Below the pieces are notes generated by a model. That model was not told where the DNA came from, searched no databases, and saw only the letters and a list, made by a program, of their open reading frames with translations. From positions 2,592,001 through 2,656,000 of the forward strand of contig OZ242358.1 of assembly GCA_965208835.1 (NCBI GenBank): a DNA stretch of 64,000 nucleotides, read 5' to 3'. This document shows positions 56,925-64,000 of the stretch, piece after piece. The translations under genes and the position numbers were made by a program. Positions within the stretch are counted from its first letter, which is position 1. The number at the start of each line of letters is the position of its first letter. This stretch comes from Candidatus Latescibacterota bacterium. GTDB lineage: Bacteria; Latescibacterota; UBA2968; GCA-2709665.

Positions 56925-59900
56925 ATGAATACCGTCTTCACCATTTTGTCCGTGGCCAGATACGAACGCAAAATGCTGATGCGTACGATCCGGTTTCGCA
57001 TCCTGGGTGGTATCGGCGTGCTCATCCCCGTTGTTCTGGGCATCGGCCTGGCGATCGCGGAGTCCAGAGGCGTTGAATTCGAGTCTGTCAGCGGAATCGG
57101 CGCCTACATGCCCTTTTTTGTCTACAGCCTCCTCCAGACCGTTGTGATCGCGTTTATCGTGGGTGACTTCCGGGCCGCGGATGAACGCGCCGGAATTTAC
57201 GAGGTGGTCGCCGCACGTCCGCTTTCTACCGCCGAACTGGTCATTGGGAAGTATCTGGGGGTTCTGGGTGCGCTGATTACGCTGAGCCTGATCGTGCTGG
57301 TACTCAGCCTCGGAGTGCAGGCGGCCAAGATCAGCATTACGGGAGCGCCGTTTGCCATTCGACCCTATCTGACGTACTTGCTCCTGCTGAACCTGCCGGG
57401 GCTGATCTACATGTCCGCGCTTACGTTTTTCCTCGGGGCGGTATTGCGCCGTCAGGCCGCGGTGACCGTGCTGACCATCGCTTACGTCCTGATTGTTCTC
57501 CTGTTCCTCGGGCGCCGATACGGCGGCGTCTACGACTTCGGCGCATTCTTCGCCCCCGTGTTCTACTCGGATATGCTCGGGCTTGGCGATATTCGGCGCG
57601 TCGTCGAAATCCGGTTTTTCTACACGATGCTTGCCCTATTCTTCTTTGGTCTGTCAATCGACCGGTATCCACGGCTGCCCCAGTCCCTGTCCTGGCGCAG
57701 GTTCGGTCGATGTCTGACCGCCGGCGGTTTCGCTGCCGCGCTGTGCCTGTACATTTACATGGAAAACCGGGACTCGTCAGATCTGGCATTCAGGACGGCG
57801 CAGCTGGAAGTTCAGGAGAGATATGCCGGACATCCAACGGTGGCCGTTTCGCATTACTCGCTCGACCTGGACCTCGCGACCGCGCGGACGCCGCTGCGGG
57901 GCAGGGCGGTTCTGAGCATTTCGAACCCTCATTCCGCGCCGCTGGATACCCTCGTTTTCAGCCTCAACCCGGGATTGAGACTGCGAACCGTGAGTGCAAA
58001 AAACGGTGAGGGCGCCGCCGTCGACTGGCAACGCGAATACGCCGTCGTACGGGTCGCCCGAACGCTCCAACCCGACAGCATGGCGACGTTGGCGTTCGAA
58101 TACGACGGTTCGATTGACCTCAGCGGATTCGATCTGAGGCGTCATCCGGATGCGAGGCGTCTGCAGAAACGGCGCGCGGGGCCGGGTAGAAAAGGTGATC
58201 TGACCGCCTGGATCGGGGGGAATTCCGTATTCCTGCCGCCCCGCAGCCGGTGGTACCCTTCGCCGGGTGTGGACTACGGACACGAGGATGGCAGACCCGT
58301 GTCCTTCGCCACCGCGGATCTGGAAATCTCTCTTCCGGCGGGACTGGAGGTTGTAACCCAGGGGATGCCGGTCAGCCGGAAGGCGGAGGGCGGACGGGAG
58401 GTCCATTCGTGGAAGGCACGACGCCCCGTGCCTTTTCTCTCGCTCAACGCTGGCGTCTACCGAGTATTCCAGGCCGAGATTCATAACATCCAATGCGCCG
58501 TTTACGTTCATCCGACCCATGCCAGGCAGGTCACCTTCTTCGAAGACGCAAGGGATGACGCCCTCGAAACGCTGGGCGAAATCCTGGACAGCGTTGAACA
58601 GGAAACCGGGCTGGCCTATCCCTACGAACGCCTGTCGGTTGTGGAGGTGCCATTCCAGGTACAATGGTATTACGACGGATGGGAGGAAGCCGGAGGACTC
58701 GTGCAGCCGGGAGTGCTGATGCTGGAAGAGGACGTGCTGATGCGGCTCAATCTGCAGCGGCGTCTGAAGTGGATGCAGCGGCGACAACGGCGAAACGACG
58801 ATCCCGCCAGGATCAAACGGGATCTGCTGGTCAGCGCCGTCCTGCGCACATTCTTCGGCCGGGAGTCGACACAGGGCGGCATCTACCGAAGTCCGGTTGC
58901 GCAGCTCTGGTCGTTCAACAAGGGCTTCGAAGGCGAACACTACTCCCTGCTCAAGCGCGGAATGCCCGTCTATATTCAGCAACATCTCGAGACCAGCCTG
59001 CAACAAGGCTTCTATTCGCGGAGGGGCAGGTTCCGCGGTCGGTTCCGGCGCAACAGGGGCGCGCAAGGCGTCTCATGGGATACGGTAACGTCAAAGATGC
59101 GCCAGCGTTCTTTCGCGGAGCTGGATCCGAGTGCCGACGCGGAACTCTACCGTGCAGTCGTCGACGCCAAGGGCGCCTCCATGTTCGGGATGATGCAGGC
59201 CGTGGTGGGTGACGAGACGTTCAGAGACCTGGTCAGCGGATTCGAAGCGGCGAACCGCCACGCGGCGGTCGACTTCGGGTCCTTCGAGCGGGCGGCTGTC
59301 GGGGATTCCTCGCGCCAGGTGGAACGACCCGACCTGCATCGCCTCGTCAGCGACTGGCTGCACGGCACCCAGGTTCCCGGATACACACTGACACGGGCAA
59401 AGGCATACAAAGTGGACGATGGGTGGGGCATGATGGTGTATCAGGTCATCGTAAGGATTCGAAACGGCGAGCCGGGGCGCGGATTCGTCCAGATTCGAGC
59501 GATGGGGAGCGAAGACGAGGCGGTCAAGGGCGTCGAAATAGAAGGCGGGCAGGAGGTTGAGGTGGGGTTGATCCTCTGGGAACGGCCATCGAGAGTCAGC
59601 GTCGAGCCGTTTTTTGCACGCAACCGTCGCGTGTTGATGGTGCCGTTGCGCATACCCGAACAACCGATGGACGGATCCGCTACGACCTACGTGAGGGAGG
59701 TGGCACCGGATGAGACCGGATTGACCGAGATCATCGTGGACAACGACGACGATGGCTTCGAAATGCCGGTCCGCAGGGTGCGGCGCTATCTCCGACCACA
59801 GTTGAAGGGTGACAACTGGCAGGAGCGTCAGTTGCCGTTTTCCTTCGGCCGGTATGAAAACAACTTCCGGTGGAAGAAACCCGGCGACGGCGCGCAACCG

Positions 59901-60323
59901 GCCGTCTGGACCGCCCGATTGCCGCACAGCGGCGATTACGACGTCTACTACTATTTCATTCATCCAAGGTTCTCCAGGCGCCTGCGTATGGCCACGGAAT
60001 TCAGCCTTGTCGTCTCCCACGGAGGCGAGGTGGATACACTGGCGGTTGAAGCAGGCAAACTCAAGGGCGGCTGGAACGTACTGGGACGATACCGGTTCGA
60101 AGGCGGGGAGTTTGCCAGCGTCGAATTGTCCGACCGGGCAAACGGGCGCCTATATGCGGATGCGGTGCGCTGGAGGTACGTGGACCCCGACCACCCGGAA
60201 GAGGTGTATGAAGAAGATCTACCCGCATGGGATTTCGGCCGGGGACGTCGGGCCAGCGACCGGAGCGGACGAGGCGGCGGCAGCCGGAGTGGCGGAGGAC
60301 AATGGCGTGGAAGAGGTTGGTAA
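56925..60323 (+). CDS. ABC-2 permease fused to an M1-aminopeptidase-like domain (Zn motif absent) and a golvesin/xanthan-lyase-like C-terminal domain
   Basis: About 6 TM helices with RP.S....GK; Y.L.L, LNPGL, WYP, YPY.RL.VVE; C-terminal W......G.YDV, GGW..LG.Y.F, ADAVRW. Confidence 0.8.
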   Translation: MNTVFTILSVARYERKMLMRTIRFRILGGIGVLIPVVLGIGLAIAESRGVEFESVSGIGAYMPFFVYSLLQTVVIAFIVGDFRAADERAGIYEVVAARPLSTAELVIGKYLGVLGALITLSLIVLVLSLGVQAAKISITGAPFAIRPYLTYLLLLNLPGLIYMSALTFFLGAVLRRQAAVTVLTIAYVLIVLLFLGRRYGGVYDFGAFFAPVFYSDMLGLGDIRRVVEIRFFYTMLALFFFGLSIDRYPRLPQSLSWRRFGRCLTAGGFAAALCLYIYMENRDSSDLAFRTAQLEVQERYAGHPTVAVSHYSLDLDLATARTPLRGRAVLSISNPHSAPLDTLVFSLNPGLRLRTVSAKNGEGAAVDWQREYAVVRVARTLQPDSMATLAFEYDGSIDLSGFDLRRHPDARRLQKRRAGPGRKGDLTAWIGGNSVFLPPRSRWYPSPGVDYGHEDGRPVSFATADLEISLPAGLEVVTQGMPVSRKAEGGREVHSWKARRPVPFLSLNAGVYRVFQAEIHNIQCAVYVHPTHARQVTFFEDARDDALETLGEILDSVEQETGLAYPYERLSVVEVPFQVQWYYDGWEEAGGLVQPGVLMLEEDVLMRLNLQRRLKWMQRRQRRNDDPARIKRDLLVSAVLRTFFGRESTQGGIYRSPVAQLWSFNKGFEGEHYSLLKRGMPVYIQQHLETSLQQGFYSRRGRFRGRFRRNRGAQGVSWDTVTSKMRQRSFAELDPSADAELYRAVVDAKGASMFGMMQAVVGDETFRDLVSGFEAANRHAAVDFGSFERAAVGDSSRQVERPDLHRLVSDWLHGTQVPGYTLTRAKAYKVDDGWGMMVYQVIVRIRNGEPGRGFVQIRAMGSEDEAVKGVEIEGGQEVEVGLILWERPSRVSVEPFFARNRRVLMVPLRIPEQPMDGSATTYVREVAPDETGLTEIIVDNDDDGFEMPVRRVRRYLRPQLKGDNWQERQLPFSFGRYENNFRWKKPGDGAQPAVWTARLPHSGDYDVYYYFIHPRFSRRLRMATEFSLVVSHGGEVDTLAVEAGKLKGGWNVLGRYRFEGGEFASVELSDRANGRLYADAVRWRYVDPDHPEEVYEEDLPAWDFGRGRRASDRSGRGGGSRSGGGQWRGRGW

Positions 60324-60367
60324 TCCACTGGAGATCAGCGTATTATAACCCTTTTTTGAGGTGAAAC

Positions 60368-61453
60368 TTGAAGAGAAAAGTCCTGGGCGGTTTTTATATG
60401 GTATTCACCGCATCTGCCATTCTGGCCGGATGCGGCGGGCAAACAGAACAGCGGTCCGTGGATCTGACCGTCCCCGTGACGGTTCAGGCAGTGCGTCTGG
60501 ACACCATGGAGGCGACAGTGGCGGCCACGGGCACGCTCCGGCCCTTCAAAGAAGCCCGTATTCAGACCGAGGTGGAGGGAATTATTCAATTCGTGGCGCG
60601 GGGCGTCGGCGGACGACTGACGGAAGGGATGCGGGTGACCCGGAACCAGGAGATCGCCCGTCTTGCAAACAGGGAGCTCGTTGTCAACGCGCGCCTGGAA
60701 TCCCGTGAACTTGCGCGCTCCGCGGCGACGCGCACGCTGCGCGAGCAGGAGGTACTCGTAGAACGCAAACTGGGCACGGAGAGAGACCTGGAAGAAGCGC
60801 GCCGGGCCCTCGCCGAGGCCGAATCCAACTATGAAGATGCTCTCGTTCAGATCGCCAAGACGACGATTCGGACGCCAATCGCCGGTTTTCTGACAGGATT
60901 GGCCGATATTACCGAAGGCACGCTGGTGGAAGCCCGCACCACCGTTGCAACGGTGATGGATTACAATCAGGTGTTCGTCGATCTCAAGATTCCAAATGCA
61001 TATATCGCATCCGTTTCACCGGGCCAGGTCTTGCGGGTAGAGAACTACGCGTTGCCCAACCGGCGGTTTCTGGGGACCGTCAAGGTCGTGGACCCCGCCA
61101 TCGATCCGACGACGCGTACGTTCCGGGTGCTGGGGGTGGTAAAGAACCCGAACCTGATGCTGCGCCCCGGGATGTTCGTAAAGGCCGAGATTGTCACCCG
61201 GTCTCACGAAGACGCGGTCGTGGTCCCGCGCCGCTTCGTCCTGACCCGCCAGAATCGTAAGGTGGTGTTCGTCGAAGAGGAGGGAAGGGCACAGATGCGC
61301 AATGTGAAACTGGGATTGGAGGGGCCGGAGCAGGTCGAGATTCTCGAAGGGCTTGAACCGGGTGAGCGCCTCATTACCAGCAATTACGAGACGCTGCGGC
61401 CGCGTACGCGCGTGCGGGTGACCGGGGACGGCGTGTCGGGGCAGCAACGATAA
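60368..61453 (+). CDS. RND efflux membrane fusion protein (lipoprotein)
   Basis: Lipobox LAGC, I.TPI.G, DP.TRTF.V, LRPGMF, GL.PGE. Confidence 0.92.
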   Translation: MKRKVLGGFYMVFTASAILAGCGGQTEQRSVDLTVPVTVQAVRLDTMEATVAATGTLRPFKEARIQTEVEGIIQFVARGVGGRLTEGMRVTRNQEIARLANRELVVNARLESRELARSAATRTLREQEVLVERKLGTERDLEEARRALAEAESNYEDALVQIAKTTIRTPIAGFLTGLADITEGTLVEARTTVATVMDYNQVFVDLKIPNAYIASVSPGQVLRVENYALPNRRFLGTVKVVDPAIDPTTRTFRVLGVVKNPNLMLRPGMFVKAEIVTRSHEDAVVVPRRFVLTRQNRKVVFVEEEGRAQMRNVKLGLEGPEQVEILEGLEPGERLITSNYETLRPRTRVRVTGDGVSGQQR

Positions 61454-61541
61454 CCGTGAGCGCCGTACATCCATCGTCCTGACTGCCGTACCGGCTCGAG
61501 AGGTCCCGTCTGCAACGAACGAAACATCGTGTGAAATTTTT

Positions 61542-61725
61542 GTGTCCTGTCCCGAAATTTCCTCACCATTCGACCGCCGATTCATCCCGTCTCGCTGCGT
61601 TCCCGTCGCTCGCCGACCATACGCAGGTTGCCTGCGCTCCGGCGCTGGTTCCTGAGCCTGTCGAAGGATGCGAGCCGGGCGACTCAGCGGTCGAATTCAT
61701 CCAACTTATTTCCGGGACAGAACAC
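61542..61725. mobile_element. MITE/REP-like dispersed repeat, copy 2 (184 bp, with internal insertion)
   Basis: Reverse-complement homologue of 32332-32493 with an extra TGGTTCCTGAGCCTGTCGAAGGA. Confidence 0.8.
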
Positions 61726-61954
61726 CAGATTGGACCCCTCTGGGGCCCGGCGACAGCGTGTGGGCCTTCCGGAGGGTTTTTTTAACCCGCTGTGTCGATG
61801 CACGCATACCGGAGACATGGACCCGCGACCCACGATGTCTTCAGGCATCGTCACACTCGATCCCGGGGACCTTTTCCTGCCATCGTCTCCATCCATGTAA
61901 ATCTACGGTTTCTGAGTTAAAGAAACCTGTTCTTGCGCAAAAAGGGCCGATACG

Positions 61955-64000
61955 ATGTCATTGCCCGAATTCTCGACGAAATATCCCGTGACGGTCGCTA
62001 TGGCGACGCTGACGGTAGCGCTTCTCGGCTGGATTTCGCTGGAGCGGCTGGACGTGGATCTGTTGCCCGACCTGCGTTCGCCCGTGATCACTGTGGACCT
62101 GCGTTTTCCGGGCAAGACGCCCAGAGAGATGGAGGAACGATATGCGCAGCACCTGGAGGGTGACATCGGCACGGTGCGACACGTCAAACGGGTACATTCC
62201 GTGTCACGCTCCGGGCAGGCCGTGGTAATCGCGGAATTCGAGTGGGACGCGGACATGGATTTCGCCGTACTCGATGTGCAGAAGAAAGTGGCCCGGTACG
62301 CGTCGGACCCGGATATCACGAGCCTGGACGTTACACAGGAAGACCCGCAGGCGTTGCCGGTGATGCGCCTCGCCGTATCGGGAGCGGACTGGCAGGATCC
62401 CGACGAATTACTGGGCAGGGTGGAGAACATCATTCGGCCCAAGCTTGAAGGGATGTCCGGAGTGGCTTCGGTGGAAATCGAAGGGGGGGCCGAGAAAGAG
62501 ATCCGCGTCACACTGGATTCCTATCTCCTGCAAGCATTTGGCGTTAATTCCGAAACGGTGGTCTCGCGGATTCGCGAGGCGAATTCGGATGTCTCCGGAG
62601 GAACGCTGAAGGACGGGCAGCGATCTTATCTGGTAAAGGGCCTGGGACGCCTGACGGATCTTGCGGACGTGAACAATCTGGTTGTGGGCGAGCGCAGGGG
62701 CGAATCGACGAACGGCGGAGACGACGCTTCGACCCACCGCGTGCCGGTCATGGTCAGCGACGTGGGTACCGTAGCTCTGCAATACAGAGAGCGTGAAACC
62801 ATCGTGCGCCTGGACGGTATTGAATGTGTAGGGCTTTCAGTTTACAAGGAAGCCGACTCGAATACCTCTTCAGTCGTCAACGGAGTCCTCCAGGAACTGG
62901 GAAGCCTGGAGGCCGATCTGGCCGGCATCCGGTTTACCGTGGTGGAGAACCAGGCGCGCTTTGTCGAACGCGCGGTAGATGAAGTGGAAGAGGCGGCTGT
63001 TATCGGCGCGTTGCTGGCCGTGGGCGTGCTGCTTGCCGCGCTCCGGCAATGGACGGCCACGCTGGTGATCGGCCTTGCCATTCCGATCTCCGTCCTGGCG
63101 ACCTTTACGCTGATGTATTTCCAAGGGTTGTCGTTGAACGTGATGACCCTCGGCGGTCTGGCGCTGGGCGCGGGCATGCTGGTGGATAACGCCATCGTCG
63201 TGATTGAAAACATCTACCGGCACCTCGAAAGTGGAGAAACCGCCGTGGAAGCCTCGGTGAAAGGCGCCGGCGAGGTCGGGGTCGCGATTCTGGCTTCCAC
63301 CCTGACGACGGTTTCCGTCTTTCTGCCGATCGTCTATCTTCAGGGGTTGGCCGGCGAACTCTTCAAGGAACAGGCCTGGACGGTTGCGTTTTCACTGATT
63401 TCGTCTCTTGCCGTAGCGATGACGGTGGTCCCAATGTTGACCGCACGGCTCTTCAGTCGGTATCGGCGCAGATCCACCAGGGCCGCCGGGGCGGGGACGT
63501 TCAGGCGTTTTCTGGATGCGTCCCTTAACCATAAGGGCCGCACGATGGCGGTACTGGCAGCCTGCCTTCTGGCCGCCTTCTATATGGCCTCGTCCATCCA
63601 TACGTCATTCATTCCCACGGAAGACGAGGGCGTACTTCACGTGGACCTCGCAATGCCGGAGGGCACAAGGCTCGAGTCGACAGACAGAGTGGCGAGGCGG
63701 GTTGCGGCGATTGCACAGGCGGTTGCCGGAGAGGAAGCACGGCACATCTACCTGCGGGCGGGAACCGATCCGAACCGGTTCACGGCCGTGGGAGAACCCA
63801 CAGGCCCGAACCGGGCCGAGCTGACGGTCGTCCTGGGCCCGCAAACGGACCGCCGGGGTGTCACTGAACTCACCGCCGCACTGGATGCAGCTCTTCTGGA
63901 AGTTCCGAACGTCAAGGTTAACTATCGACTGCACAAATCTGCGTTGGAAGGACTTGTACGTGGAGGCGCCGCACCGGTCCAGGTGGAGGTCAGCGGTGAG
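61955..64000 (+). CDS. RND efflux permease (AcrB/AcrD/AcrF family), 3'-truncated by window
   Basis: MSLPEFSTKYPVT..., IP.S, LN.MTLGGLALG.GMLVDNAIVVIENI, ASTLTT, ELFKE; missing from the ORF track because it has no stop in the window. Confidence 0.95.
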   Translation, partial: MSLPEFSTKYPVTVAMATLTVALLGWISLERLDVDLLPDLRSPVITVDLRFPGKTPREMEERYAQHLEGDIGTVRHVKRVHSVSRSGQAVVIAEFEWDADMDFAVLDVQKKVARYASDPDITSLDVTQEDPQALPVMRLAVSGADWQDPDELLGRVENIIRPKLEGMSGVASVEIEGGAEKEIRVTLDSYLLQAFGVNSETVVSRIREANSDVSGGTLKDGQRSYLVKGLGRLTDLADVNNLVVGERRGESTNGGDDASTHRVPVMVSDVGTVALQYRERETIVRLDGIECVGLSVYKEADSNTSSVVNGVLQELGSLEADLAGIRFTVVENQARFVERAVDEVEEAAVIGALLAVGVLLAALRQWTATLVIGLAIPISVLATFTLMYFQGLSLNVMTLGGLALGAGMLVDNAIVVIENIYRHLESGETAVEASVKGAGEVGVAILASTLTTVSVFLPIVYLQGLAGELFKEQAWTVAFSLISSLAVAMTVVPMLTARLFSRYRRRSTRAAGAGTFRRFLDASLNHKGRTMAVLAACLLAAFYMASSIHTSFIPTEDEGVLHVDLAMPEGTRLESTDRVARRVAAIAQAVAGEEARHIYLRAGTDPNRFTAVGEPTGPNRAELTVVLGPQTDRRGVTELTAALDAALLEVPNVKVNYRLHKSALEGLVRGGAAPVQVEVSGE

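Noticed and set aside
57777-59066. Long antisense ORFs (e.g. 57777-59066, 39845-41164, 28775-29851, 38407-39489)
   Set aside because: Shadow ORFs of well-supported genes in GC-rich DNA, with no recognisable motifs

Overview
GC-rich bacterial chromosomal window, probably from an FCB-group relative such as Latescibacterota or Gemmatimonadota (inferred from the PNPFN/FlgD-type C-terminal domain, long LptA and gene order; not proven). From start to end it holds: sugar/aminosugar enzymes and rfbA; a DUF547-arsS radical SAM pair facing an ArsC whose catalytic Cys is replaced by Trp; an FAD/Fe-S oxidoreductase-acyP-apt-tRNA-Arg(CCT) block; housekeeping ruvX-mltG-uvrD-gatC-pyrG-lptCAB-rpoN; a sigma54/IHF-controlled surface protein with five lamin-tail domains; ALDH, HU/IHF and a class V aminotransferase. 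It continues with a selenocysteine formate dehydrogenase operon (in-frame UGA at 41285 plus SECIS, split in two by the ORF track). Directly downstream is an ~11.5 kb C1/N-methyl cluster: a homocysteine S-methyltransferase fused to a SAM methyltransferase, two SDRs, a dimethylformamidase large-subunit homologue, BHMT, a TPP enzyme, an MgdA-like flavoprotein and a multi-Rid protein. The window ends with an ABC exporter carrying a catalytically dead M1 peptidase domain and an RND pump. Non-coding features include two copies of a MITE-like repeat and a candidate promoter-driven structured RNA upstream of the fdh operon. The best candidate for an undescribed system is the 38.5-55.9 kb formate/N-methyl/N-formyl cluster with the HMT-methyltransferase fusion. 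All calls come from motif reading; no database searches were run.
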